From contig OZ244621.1 in assembly GCA_965218425.1 (NCBI GenBank), positions 3,520,001 through 3,584,000 of the forward strand: a DNA stretch of 64,000 bases, read 5' to 3'. The notes under the pieces are model-generated. The model saw nothing but the letters and a program-made list of their open reading frames with translations. It was not told the DNA's origin and did not search any database. Both the position numbers and the translations under genes were made by a program. Positions 50,039 to 59,933 of the stretch are shown one piece after another; the first letter of the stretch is position 1, and the number at the start of each line of letters is the position of its first letter. Source of the DNA: an uncultured Candidatus Binatia bacterium (lineage in GTDB: Bacteria > Desulfobacterota > Binatia > UBA9968 > CAXXLF01).

Positions 50039-50141
50039 ATCCGGCTTATGGACTTGAATCCGGCGCTTTTGGCGGCTGGTCCTCGGAGCCTTTTTCGAGA
50101 TCGACTTTTCCTCCCTCCCGGGAAAACCAAGGTGGGTGAAT

Positions 50142-51182
50142 ATGGCTTTGGTTCTGACCGATAAAGAGATTTCCGGCCTCGTTTCCATGCAGGAATATAT
50201 TCAGGCCATGGAGAATGCCTATCTGGACTTTGGAAACGACACCGCAGCAATCCGACCCAGACAACGCTACCAGGTGGCCCTGGATGAAGACAAGTTTCAT
50301 ATGACCAATATTATAGGCGGCGCAGTGCCTCGCTACGGGGTCTCTGCGGTTCGCCTCAATTCCTGGCCGCGCAGAAAAAAATTCTCTGCTGAGGCTAAGA
50401 CCGTAACCGGCCCCGGCGGCTGGGGATTTATTGTTCTGTTTGATCTGGAATCCGGGAAGCTACTGGGAATGCTCATGGACGGTATTATCTCGGATTTGAG
50501 GGTGGGTGCCACCACGGGGATCGCCATAAAAAGGCTTGCCAGGGCAAATGCCGTTTCCATCGGCGTCATAGGGAGTGGAAGACAGGCGAAAGCTAATCTG
50601 GAGGCCATCTGTTTGGTTCGAAAGATTGCCCGTGCAAAGGTCTATAGCCCTAATCCTGAACATCGAGCGCAATTTGCCGATGAGATGGAGGGCCGCCTCA
50701 AAATTCCCGTTACCCCGGTTGAGAGCAGCGCTGAATGCGCGGCGGATGTGGATATCATAGGGTGCTTCACCAGTTCCGATGAACCGGTATTTGATGGGAA
50801 TCTCGTTACGGCGGGCCAGACAGTGGTGAGTATCAGAAATACGGATCACGTCAGCCGGAGCGACGAGGTGGATCAGGCGACGTTTTTGAAGAGCGAGTTG
50901 ATTGCAATAAGCGATAAATCCACTCTGCTGGATAATCGACAGGGAGAGCTATTGACGTTGATCAACAACGGAACCATCCCCTGGGAAAGGGTCGTTGAGC
51001 TTAAGGACTTGGTGTCAGGCAAGGTGCGGGGGCGCACCATAGACCAACAAATTGTCTACTACAAGAATAATACCGGCATGGGGATCCAGTTCGCCGCAGC
51101 CGGTAAGATTGTACTGGAGGCTGCCAGGGAAAAAGGCTTAGGCACAGAAATTGCGGACGAACTGTTTCAACGGGTAAGATGA
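50142..51182 (+). CDS. Ornithine cyclodeaminase/mu-crystallin family protein
   Basis: LRVGA, GVIGSGRQA, VYSPN, KNNTGMGIQFAA. Confidence 0.88.
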   Translation: MALVLTDKEISGLVSMQEYIQAMENAYLDFGNDTAAIRPRQRYQVALDEDKFHMTNIIGGAVPRYGVSAVRLNSWPRRKKFSAEAKTVTGPGGWGFIVLFDLESGKLLGMLMDGIISDLRVGATTGIAIKRLARANAVSIGVIGSGRQAKANLEAICLVRKIARAKVYSPNPEHRAQFADEMEGRLKIPVTPVESSAECAADVDIIGCFTSSDEPVFDGNLVTAGQTVVSIRNTDHVSRSDEVDQATFLKSELIAISDKSTLLDNRQGELLTLINNGTIPWERVVELKDLVSGKVRGRTIDQQIVYYKNNTGMGIQFAAAGKIVLEAAREKGLGTEIADELFQRVR

Positions 51183-51205
51183 TCATTTTCTGAAAGGAAA
51201 TTGAA

Positions 51206-52183
51206 ATGGCTATCTACCTCTCCCACGAGGACGTAAAGGGCCTGATTCGCATGAAGGATGTGCTTCATGCGGCGGAGCAGGCGTTTAAAGACCTTGGCCA
51301 TGGTTCGGCTACCAACTTACCTCGGCAGCGTCTGGGCGTGCCCAAGGGGGTTTACCGCGTGATGTCGGGGGCAGTCCCCAGTTTGGGCGGCATGGGAAGC
51401 AAGGGAGGCTTGCATCAGTTCGCCGTTCCCCAGGGAATTCAGAAGGGCTACGACGTGAATGTCCTGTATAGCAGCGAAACTGGCGAACTGTTGGCGCTCA
51501 TCCGTACCAGCCTCATTACCGATTATCGAACCGGTGCCATGGGAGCCGTTTCGACTAAATACTTGGCTCGGTCCGATGCCAATGTGGTGGGTGTGCTGGG
51601 CTCAGGCAGACAGGCCCGAACCCAGCTTGCCGCGGTTGCCCTCGTCCGCCCCTTGAAACGAGTCCTCGTGTATAGTCCCAATCCAGAGCACAGGATCGGC
51701 TATGCCAATGAGATGAGCCGGGAGTTGGACCTTGACGTCAGTCCAACCGAGGACCCCGGATTGGTGGTGGAAGCTGCCGACGTCCTTATTGCTGCAACCA
51801 ATTCAGTGGACGCCGTCTTTGATGGGAACTGGATTCAAAAAGGAACCCATATCGTTTCGATTCGTTCCTCCCACAAGCTGGATATTGGTATCGGGACAGC
51901 GCGGCGGGAGATTGATGACAGGACAGTAGAGCGGAGCGACTTTATCGCCGTGGACTCCCTGGATCAGGCTGTGATGCAGGAGTCACCCGAGCTGATGGGA
52001 GCGATCCGACAGGGGCGGGTGGTGGAGTTAAGTGCCGTGGTTGCGGGCAAGGTTCAAGGGCGGACGGAAAAGGAACAGATAACGTTGTTCAAATCCTTTG
52101 GTATGGGCCTGCAGGATGTGGCTGCCTCAACTAAAGTATACGAACGGGCCATTGAGATGGGTAAAGGCCTGAAACTCCCCTGA
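51206..52183 (+). CDS. Ornithine cyclodeaminase/mu-crystallin family protein
   Basis: YRTGA, GVLGSGRQARTQ, ITLFKSFGMGLQDVA. Confidence 0.9.
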   Translation: MAIYLSHEDVKGLIRMKDVLHAAEQAFKDLGHGSATNLPRQRLGVPKGVYRVMSGAVPSLGGMGSKGGLHQFAVPQGIQKGYDVNVLYSSETGELLALIRTSLITDYRTGAMGAVSTKYLARSDANVVGVLGSGRQARTQLAAVALVRPLKRVLVYSPNPEHRIGYANEMSRELDLDVSPTEDPGLVVEAADVLIAATNSVDAVFDGNWIQKGTHIVSIRSSHKLDIGIGTARREIDDRTVERSDFIAVDSLDQAVMQESPELMGAIRQGRVVELSAVVAGKVQGRTEKEQITLFKSFGMGLQDVAASTKVYERAIEMGKGLKLP

Positions 52184-52305
52184 GCTCAAGTCCATATATT
52201 AACCTGGCTGAGGTTTACGTTAACGCGTGGTGAAACTAAAAAATCATCAACGAGGAATTCGAAAAAACGAATCAAAGAATTTCCAACGGTTACACGGAGG
52301 CGAAT

Positions 52306-53793
52306 ATGTCGGATAGCGAGGCTCTAATCAATCGGCGAGTTGAATATCGGGATCTAAGAGGGTACCTCCAATTGCTCGAGTCATCGGGGCTTTTGCAGCG
52401 CGTCAAGGCCGAGGTGGATCTTAAGCACGAGATCGGAGCCATTTGTGTAAGGTCCCTGAAGAAGAGAGGAGTTGGCCTGCTGTTCGAAAACATCAAAGGT
52501 TATAAGAACATGCCGTTGGTGTCCAATATCCTATCTACCACCGAACAACTGGCAGTGGCATTTGGCACGGAGAGGGACGAGCAAAGGCTCTATGAGATCA
52601 TCCAGGCGGGTAAAAAACACCCGGTGACGCCTCATGTGGTGGAAGGGGGCCCTTGTCAGCAAGAGGTTCATCTGGGGGAGGATGTGGACGTCTATGAGTT
52701 CCCTACCCCCTGGTGGCATGAGCTCGACGGCGGGCAATATATTGGAACCACTGCCGGAGTCATCACGCAGGACCCTGAGACGGGCCACATCAACATGGGC
52801 ATGTACCGTGTCATGATCAAGGATAAGAACACCTTGGCCCTCAACATCAGGGGACCTCACCCGGTGGGGGAGGACCCGAACAAGCGTGGCTATGGAAGCC
52901 ATACGCAAATCCTCAAATACGAGTCTCAAGGGAAGTCGGCTCCTGTGGCGCTCGCCATCGGCATGGATCCACTCCTGGAGTATGTGGCGGCACAGAGCGT
53001 GAATTCCGCTGGGATAAGGCATGCCGAGTACGGTGTGGCTGGCGCCTGGAGGGGAACTCCGACGGAACTCACCAAGTGTAAAACCAATGATCTTTTAGTG
53101 CCTGCCTGGTCTGAAATCGTGTTGGAGGGGGAAGCCCTGCTCAACGAAAGAACAAAGGAAGGACCCCATGGTGAGTCCCAGGGATTTTACGGATGGAACG
53201 ATGAAGCCTTTGTAATGAAGGTCCGTTGCATCACGCACAGAAAAAATCCCATTAACTATGGACTGATTTGCAGGCCCCACGAAGATTACCCGAAGTTCAT
53301 GCTCTCGGCCGGTCTTCGAGCCCGGCTGGACGAACCCTGTATCAACGAAGTCTATGTGCCTGAGGTAGGAGGCGGGGGGATGGGTCTGATGGCCATCGTT
53401 TCGGCGACGGTCCGTTCCAAGGAGGACGTGGAAAAGGTAGTCAAGGCCGTTTATGAAGTCCCGAGGGAATCCTATATTTCACGAAAGCCCCGTTGGCTTA
53501 TCATTGTGGACGATGACTGCGATGTAAGGGAGTGGGAGGACGTCATGTGGAGGGTGGCCCTTGGTGTCATGCCGGACCTTGATGTCAAGGTAGGCCCCAG
53601 AACAGACTCAATATCCCATGAGCCTCTAGCCGACATTTTCGACAATCTGGCCTCCAGTGTGGTAATTGACGCGACGTTTAGAAGCAAGGAGGGGAAGGTT
53701 AAAGGGAAAGAGGGCTTTCCCCCCGGTAACCACACCAGTAGAGGGCTCAGGGCAAAAATAGATGCCCGGTGGAAAGAATATGGACTTGGCTAA
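52306..53793 (+). CDS. UbiD family prFMN-dependent (de)carboxylase
   Basis: DGGQYI, NMGMYR, AIGMDP, EIVLEG, EGPHGE.GFY, IVDDD. Confidence 0.9.
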   Translation: MSDSEALINRRVEYRDLRGYLQLLESSGLLQRVKAEVDLKHEIGAICVRSLKKRGVGLLFENIKGYKNMPLVSNILSTTEQLAVAFGTERDEQRLYEIIQAGKKHPVTPHVVEGGPCQQEVHLGEDVDVYEFPTPWWHELDGGQYIGTTAGVITQDPETGHINMGMYRVMIKDKNTLALNIRGPHPVGEDPNKRGYGSHTQILKYESQGKSAPVALAIGMDPLLEYVAAQSVNSAGIRHAEYGVAGAWRGTPTELTKCKTNDLLVPAWSEIVLEGEALLNERTKEGPHGESQGFYGWNDEAFVMKVRCITHRKNPINYGLICRPHEDYPKFMLSAGLRARLDEPCINEVYVPEVGGGGMGLMAIVSATVRSKEDVEKVVKAVYEVPRESYISRKPRWLIIVDDDCDVREWEDVMWRVALGVMPDLDVKVGPRTDSISHEPLADIFDNLASSVVIDATFRSKEGKVKGKEGFPPGNHTSRGLRAKIDARWKEYGLG

Positions 53794-53958
53794 CGACGTC
53801 TCACGCTGACCGCGAAGAAGGGCTTGCAATGGCGATACGTGCAACGCAGAGGGGCCAGGAGATAATGAACGTCGAAGCGAGGATTTTAAAAGAATATAAT
53901 GGGCGAGTTTCGATGTCATGGGCTCATTGAATGCCAAAACTGTGATGGAGGTCGTAAA

Positions 53959-55248
53959 ATGCTAACCGTAGCAGAAAATGAACGGTTGACCCGAGTAGGC
54001 CCGGGCACACCCATGGGTAATCTTCTCAGGCGTTATTGGTATCCCATCGCAGGAACTCCTGAACTCGATGAGGAACCCGTTAAGGCGGTAAAAGTCCTTG
54101 GCGAATCCCTTGTGCTGTATCGGGATAGAGGAAGGCGGTTGGGCCTTATTGGCGAATCCTGTCCTCACCGCCGGGCCTCCATGATGTACGGAATTCCAGA
54201 GAAGGAAGGACTTCGGTGCGCGTATCATGGTTGGCTGTATAACGCTAAGGGAAAATGCCTGGAACAGCCTGCCGAAGATATGGAAGGAGCCGACAGCAAG
54301 TTCAAAGATAAAATCACCATACCCGCTTATCCGGTTCAAGAGTTGGGCGGGATGATCTTTGCTTACCTCGGGCCCGAGCCTGTGCCTCTACTGCCACGCT
54401 GGGACGAACTCGTTAAGGAGAATGCGATTCAGACGGTGGGCTTTGCTGTCATTCCCTGTAACTGGCTGCAAATCATGGAAAACTCTCTCGACCCGGTCCA
54501 CGTGGAGTGGTTGCATAGGTATTTTGACAACTATGTGTTGGAGCGACTCGGAAAACCGGAGTTAAAACACCCGGTCAAGCATCACATTAAGTTGGACTTT
54601 GATGTGTTTGAGTATGGAATGATCAAGCGTCGGGTGTGGACCGATGGATCGGTTGATGATGTAGAGTATCGAATCGGGCATCCGGTCCTCTTCCCTAACA
54701 TACTGGCAAATGTGGGTTATCAATTTAGGGTTCCCGTGGACGACGAGAACACGCTTCACGTTTGGTATAAGTCGAAGTCGTTACCCGAAGGCGTTCAAAC
54801 GGAGGAGAACAACAGAACAAAAGTCTACGATGTCCCGGTGGTCACTGCCGGTCCCCATGGGCGTCCACAATGGTCCCTTGTGGACAACAATAGCGGGCAA
54901 GATATGGTCATGTGGTATACGCAGGGACCCAATGCTGACCGCACCAAGGAAAAGCTGGGCACTTCGGACAAGGGAATTATTCTGTACCGAAAGCAACTGG
55001 TGGAGAACCTAGAAAAGGTCGAGCGGGGTGCGGATCCCATGAATGTTTTCCGTGACCCGGCAAAGAACGTGTGCCTAAAGATCCCTACGGAAAAAGATGG
55101 GGGCGGTATTGCCGAGCGCCGGCTAAGGGAAGTGGGGGGACGGAAGAATACCGGCTCTTCCACAAAATATGACCCCCTGGACAATAAAGAGGTCAGCGAA
55201 CTCATTGCCGGCCCCAAGGAGACGGATCCTGCCCTGACCAGAAGTTAA
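53959..55248 (+). CDS. Rieske non-heme iron oxygenase alpha subunit
   Basis: MLTVAENE; CPH...CAYH; NSLDPVHVEWLH; GQD; GGAGG RBS. Confidence 0.93.
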   Translation: MLTVAENERLTRVGPGTPMGNLLRRYWYPIAGTPELDEEPVKAVKVLGESLVLYRDRGRRLGLIGESCPHRRASMMYGIPEKEGLRCAYHGWLYNAKGKCLEQPAEDMEGADSKFKDKITIPAYPVQELGGMIFAYLGPEPVPLLPRWDELVKENAIQTVGFAVIPCNWLQIMENSLDPVHVEWLHRYFDNYVLERLGKPELKHPVKHHIKLDFDVFEYGMIKRRVWTDGSVDDVEYRIGHPVLFPNILANVGYQFRVPVDDENTLHVWYKSKSLPEGVQTEENNRTKVYDVPVVTAGPHGRPQWSLVDNNSGQDMVMWYTQGPNADRTKEKLGTSDKGIILYRKQLVENLEKVERGADPMNVFRDPAKNVCLKIPTEKDGGGIAERRLREVGGRKNTGSSTKYDPLDNKEVSELIAGPKETDPALTRS

Positions 55249-55262
55249 AATACGATGAGTCG

Positions 55263-56441
55263 ATGCTAACAAGAGAAGAAAATGAGACGCTGACCCGGGT
55301 GGGTCCTGGCACTCCCGCAGGGGAGTTGTTGCGCAGGTATTGGCATCCCGTTGCGGTTACGGCTGAGTTGACGAAAGAAAATCCCACCAAGTTCGTACGG
55401 ATCCTCGGTGAAAATTTGGTCCTGTTCCTCAATCGCCAGGGTAAGGTAGGTCTTCTTGCGGATCGCTGCCCCCACCGCGGTGCATCTCTTTCTTACGGCA
55501 GGGTAGAAGAAAGAGGCCTCGCCTGTGCATATCACGGTTGGCTTTTTGATACAGAAGGGAATTGTTTAGAGACACCGGCGGAACCGTGGGAGAGCAAATT
55601 TCATCTCACGGTTAAACAAAAGGCCTATCCTGTACAGAAGTTTGTTGGTTTTTACTGGGCCTACCTGGGCCCGGAACCCGCTCCCATGATACCGCCCCTG
55701 GACATCTGGGTAAGGCGCGACGGCAGGAGAGGCGTGGTGGTATACAAAGTTGTCGATTGTAATTGGTTACAATCCATGGAAAACTCTGTGGACCCAGCCC
55801 ACCTGCAGATCCTGCACCTCGATACCACCTGGTCGCGCAAGGCTCCCAGTACCACAAGGGGATATATTGACGAGGTGGAAAGGGTGGATTTCGAGGAAGT
55901 CCCCTACGGCATCATGAAAAAACGTGTATTTAAAAATGGTCGTCAGGATAACCATCCATTAATCTTTCCTAACAATCTCAGGCAAGCTAACTCAACCCAG
56001 TTCCGGGTTCCTATCGACGATACCCATACCTGGCATGTGCATGTGATCTTCGATCCGTCGGACGATGGTAGGATAGTGCAAGAGTCTGAAGATCTCCCGG
56101 TCAAGTACATGGAAGACTTTAAGGATCCCCCAGACGGTGTTCATCCCTTTACCACGTACACCATGCATGTGCCGTTAGCTCAGGACACCATGACCTGGGA
56201 GACGGCCGGGCCCATTGCCGATCGTACTGAGGAGCGCCTGGCGTCGTCCGATAAGGGCATTGTGATGTTTAGGAAGATGTTAATGCGTGAGATTCAAAAA
56301 GTTACGCAAGGAGCTGATCCAATTGGGGTTTTTAGAAGCGGCGAAACCCTAATCGATACCCAACTGGATGAGCTGTTGGATCCCGCTTGCCCCTTTCCAC
56401 GACGTATCTGGACCCTAAATGGTGACATTCGTCAGATCTGA
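55263..56441 (+). CDS. Rieske non-heme iron oxygenase alpha subunit
   Basis: CPH...CAYH; NSVDPAHLQILH; AQD; close paralogue of 499 and 3256. Confidence 0.93.
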   Translation: MLTREENETLTRVGPGTPAGELLRRYWHPVAVTAELTKENPTKFVRILGENLVLFLNRQGKVGLLADRCPHRGASLSYGRVEERGLACAYHGWLFDTEGNCLETPAEPWESKFHLTVKQKAYPVQKFVGFYWAYLGPEPAPMIPPLDIWVRRDGRRGVVVYKVVDCNWLQSMENSVDPAHLQILHLDTTWSRKAPSTTRGYIDEVERVDFEEVPYGIMKKRVFKNGRQDNHPLIFPNNLRQANSTQFRVPIDDTHTWHVHVIFDPSDDGRIVQESEDLPVKYMEDFKDPPDGVHPFTTYTMHVPLAQDTMTWETAGPIADRTEERLASSDKGIVMFRKMLMREIQKVTQGADPIGVFRSGETLIDTQLDELLDPACPFPRRIWTLNGDIRQI

Positions 56442-56518
56442 TCGCCGGACGTTCATCCAACAGGGCCTTCCGCCAAAGGGTGGCAGTAAGCCGTAACCTC
56501 TTGGCAGACACATAGGGC

Positions 56519-56547
56519 TTGACGGGTAATCTTGAAGTGAATATGCT
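56519..56547 (+). promoter_or_regulatory. Candidate sigma70 promoter
   Basis: TTGACG-17-TATGCT, about 60 nt upstream of the SBP start. Confidence 0.55.
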
Positions 56548-56609
56548 CGCCTATCATCGAGCTTGGAAAACATTTTCATCATATTATGGACAGACAGGAG
56601 GAGGCTGCA

Positions 56610-57734
56610 ATGTTAATGTTACGGAAAGTCAGGCGAAACGTTATTTTAGCGCTGGTGTCAGTCGCCGTATTCATTTTTATGGGTGAAGGGATCGCCCTCG
56701 GAGACTGGAAACAGGACTGGGATAAGACGCTAAAGGCAGCAAAGAAAGAAGGCAAACTGGTCCTCTATGGAGGTTATAACCCAAGATATAGGAAGTTGAA
56801 CGAGGCCTTCGAAAAAAAATATGGGATTAAAGTTAACTTTACACCCGGAGGGGGTTCCCAACATGCGACGCGTATCTTGTCCGAACGCCGAGTCAATAAG
56901 TTTTTGGTTGACGTCGTTATGGGAGGAGGGGGCACATTCCTTACTTACCCGAAAGGCGCATTCGATCCAATGCGGGAGTTAATCATCTTGCCGGAAGTGG
57001 TTGATGCATCTGCATGGTGGGGAGGGAAACTCCATTTCTTCGATGTAGATGAAAAATATGTAGTGACCACAATGGCATATGTTGGATCTGCCAGAATTGC
57101 CATCAACACGAAACTAGTGAACCCTGGGGATCTTAGATCGTGGAATGATCTGCTGAATCCCCGGTGGAAAGGAAAAATCCTTCACTTTCATCGTGGAGAC
57201 CCGGCTGTATCTCCAACAGTCATGTTCATGTATTACACACCCGGTTTCGGTCCAAAGTTCCTCTCTCGGTTCTACAGGGAAATGGATGTTACTTTTACAA
57301 GAAATCTCCGTCAGGGGATAAACTGGCTTGCCCAGGGTAAATACTCGCTCTATTTTGGCGGAACTCCAAATTCCATTTATCGAGCCAACAAAAAGGGCCT
57401 CGCCGTTAACTTCCTCCCCCATGGGCTGAAAGAAGGCGAGATCTTGTCCGGAGGTTACTGCTGCCTGGCGGCTCTCAATCGGGCTCCCAATCCAAATGCG
57501 GCAAAAGTTTTCGTCAATTGGATTCTATCCCGGGATGGGCAGACGGCATGGCAGAAGCTACCCGGCAGCCCTACTGCTTCTTTGCGGACAGATATCGCAA
57601 AGGATTATCTGCCTCAGAATATCGTACCCAAAAAGGGTGGAAAGTATTTTCATGTCCACGAAGCAAACCACTATAACCCAAAAAATTTAAAGGCGATTCG
57701 TAAGATTATTAAGGACGCCGCCAAGAAGAAATAA
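56610..57734 (+). CDS. ABC solute-binding protein
   Basis: GGAGGAGG RBS, signal peptide, LNPRWKGKI, APNPNAAKVFVNW. Confidence 0.87.
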   Translation: MLMLRKVRRNVILALVSVAVFIFMGEGIALGDWKQDWDKTLKAAKKEGKLVLYGGYNPRYRKLNEAFEKKYGIKVNFTPGGGSQHATRILSERRVNKFLVDVVMGGGGTFLTYPKGAFDPMRELIILPEVVDASAWWGGKLHFFDVDEKYVVTTMAYVGSARIAINTKLVNPGDLRSWNDLLNPRWKGKILHFHRGDPAVSPTVMFMYYTPGFGPKFLSRFYREMDVTFTRNLRQGINWLAQGKYSLYFGGTPNSIYRANKKGLAVNFLPHGLKEGEILSGGYCCLAALNRAPNPNAAKVFVNWILSRDGQTAWQKLPGSPTASLRTDIAKDYLPQNIVPKKGGKYFHVHEANHYNPKNLKAIRKIIKDAAKKK

Positions 57735-57822
57735 TAGTTGGACCGGCAGTTGGCCGGGATAAATATTGGCTTCGGATGTTGAGCGACAGAAAGTTTACCG
57801 TGGTAAAATATGGAGGTTCGTT

Positions 57823-58953
57823 ATGGCGAGTCAACTACATAAGACGATTTTGACGGCCGGCTTCGTCAGCATGTCCATACTGTTCGGCTTCATTGGAGCC
57901 GACGTGGTGTGCGCAGATTGGAAGGCCGACTGGGATAAAACAGTAAAAGCGGCAAAGAAAGAAGGGCAAGTTGTCCTCTACGGTGGGTACAATCCCCGTT
58001 ATCGCAAATTGAATTCAACCTTTGAAAAAAGATATCCAGGCATCAAGGTTAATTTTACCCCTGGAGGAGGTGTGCAACACGCCATCCGGATTTTGTCCGA
58101 GCGACGAGTCAAAAAGTATCTTGCCGATATCGTCATGGGAGGCAAAACCGCTTTTGTAAAGCACTTTAAAAATGAGTTCGAACCTATTCAATCTATATTG
58201 ATTCTTCCCGAAGTAGCTGATGGATCAAAATGGTGGGGTGGAAAGCATCATTTCATCGACCGAGAAGAAAAGTATGTCATTAGCTCGACCGCATACGTCT
58301 CACCCGCCATCGCTATCAACACTAAATTGGTTGATCCAAAGGAGATTCAATCGGTCAAGGATCTTTTGAATCCAAAATGGAAGGGAAAGATCCTTCAATA
58401 CTATTCATCGGACCCGGCGTTAACCACAGTCATTCTCTTTATCTACAACACTCCTTCTTTGGGTCCGAAGTTCCTTTCCCGTCTCTACCGTGAAATGGAT
58501 TTCACCTTTACCAGGAACCTTCGCCAGGGAGTTAACTGGCTAGGCCAGGGCAAGTATTCATTGTATATCGGTGGGACCAACGCCTCTATCTATCAGGCCA
58601 ATAAAAAGGGTCTTCCGGTCTCCATCCTGCCTCATGCCCTGAAGGAAGGTGAGATTATGGAAGGGGGTTACTGTTGTTTGGGGGTCTTGGACCGTGCCCC
58701 TCATCCAAACGCTAGTAAAGTCTTTGTCAACTGGCTTCTTTCCAAGGAAGGGCAGACCACATGGCAGCAATTAAAAGGCTATCCTATTGCATCGCTGCGC
58801 AGGGATATCCCGAAGGATTATATCGATCAAAAGGTGGTGCCTAAGGAAGGAAAGAAGTATTTTTATGTGAATCAAGCCAGCAATTATAACCCAAAGGATC
58901 TGGACGCCATTAGAAAAATTGTTAACGTAGCCATCAAGAAAAGAAAGAGGTAA
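57823..58953 (+). CDS. ABC solute-binding protein (tandem paralogue of 56610..57734)
   Basis: Shares LYGGYNPRYRKLN, FTRNLRQG.NWL.QGKYSLY and GGYCCL with the upstream gene. Confidence 0.87.
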   Translation: MASQLHKTILTAGFVSMSILFGFIGADVVCADWKADWDKTVKAAKKEGQVVLYGGYNPRYRKLNSTFEKRYPGIKVNFTPGGGVQHAIRILSERRVKKYLADIVMGGKTAFVKHFKNEFEPIQSILILPEVADGSKWWGGKHHFIDREEKYVISSTAYVSPAIAINTKLVDPKEIQSVKDLLNPKWKGKILQYYSSDPALTTVILFIYNTPSLGPKFLSRLYREMDFTFTRNLRQGVNWLGQGKYSLYIGGTNASIYQANKKGLPVSILPHALKEGEIMEGGYCCLGVLDRAPHPNASKVFVNWLLSKEGQTTWQQLKGYPIASLRRDIPKDYIDQKVVPKEGKKYFYVNQASNYNPKDLDAIRKIVNVAIKKRKR

Positions 58954-58965
58954 GACGAATTAGGT

Positions 58966-59913
58966 ATGAGTACCATCGGATTAATTGGATTGGGAAATGC
59001 GGGAGGGCCCCTGGGAACGAGACTCCTCAACAAGGGCCATCAGTTCAAGGCCTACGACCTTAACCCTCAGGCCATGGAATCCATGGTCGAACTAGGGGCC
59101 ACGGCGGCAGGTTCAGCGCGGGAGGCAACCAGTGAAGTTACCATTATGGCGCTGCCATCCTCCGTGGAGGTCGGGGCCGCCATGCTGGGAGAAGATGGGG
59201 TTCTCGCGGGCATGAAGCGGGGTTCCGTGTTGATTGATTTGAGCGGGACCGACCCCGATTGCGCACGTGAGCTGCAGCAGCAGGTTAAAGACCATGGCGG
59301 AGAGTTTCTCGGTGGAACCCTCCATGCCGACGGTGCGCCTGCAATAACCATTCCAAAGGGTTTGTTGTGCATCGTCATCGGTGGAGAAAAAAGTACGATT
59401 AAGGCATGCGAGCCCATTTTGAAGGATCTTGCTCAAAAGGTGTTGTGTCTTCCCGAGCCGTGGATGCCGAAGTCTTTAAAAATAGGTGTTATTATGATGG
59501 CGACGGCCAGTTCCATCATGGTCACCGAAGTTTTGACATGGCTGGCCGCTCAGGGGATTGAGCCGCGGCTCTTTCTTGACCTGGAACGAGCTACAGGCTC
59601 GCAAGAGTCGAGTTCTCGTATCGCCCAGTTCTTCAAAAGGAAGAAAAACTACGGGGGCGCATTGAGCAATAGTTATAAAGACTTGCGCCAGGCCTTGAAA
59701 GTTGCTGGCGATTTGAATCTCCCCCTTCCGATTACAGCCCATGCCCATCAAATTCAGGAAATGGGGCGAGCCCGGGGATTGAACCGTACACCGAGTCCGG
59801 ACGCTATTGGAACTGTGTATGAGAAGTTAACGGGCGTGGATCTCGGTAGGGCGGTTTTGGACGAAGAACGCATCTTTCCCGAACCTCAAGAGCCCGAAGT
59901 CATTTACTTGTAG
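58966..59913 (+). CDS. NAD(P)-dependent oxidoreductase, beta-hydroxyacid dehydrogenase-like (divergent)
   Basis: IGLIGLGNAG, LIDLS, KDL...LPLP. Confidence 0.8.
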   Translation: MSTIGLIGLGNAGGPLGTRLLNKGHQFKAYDLNPQAMESMVELGATAAGSAREATSEVTIMALPSSVEVGAAMLGEDGVLAGMKRGSVLIDLSGTDPDCARELQQQVKDHGGEFLGGTLHADGAPAITIPKGLLCIVIGGEKSTIKACEPILKDLAQKVLCLPEPWMPKSLKIGVIMMATASSIMVTEVLTWLAAQGIEPRLFLDLERATGSQESSSRIAQFFKRKKNYGGALSNSYKDLRQALKVAGDLNLPLPITAHAHQIQEMGRARGLNRTPSPDAIGTVYEKLTGVDLGRAVLDEERIFPEPQEPEVIYL

Positions 59914-59933
59914 GACACTGGGAGGATATCTAT

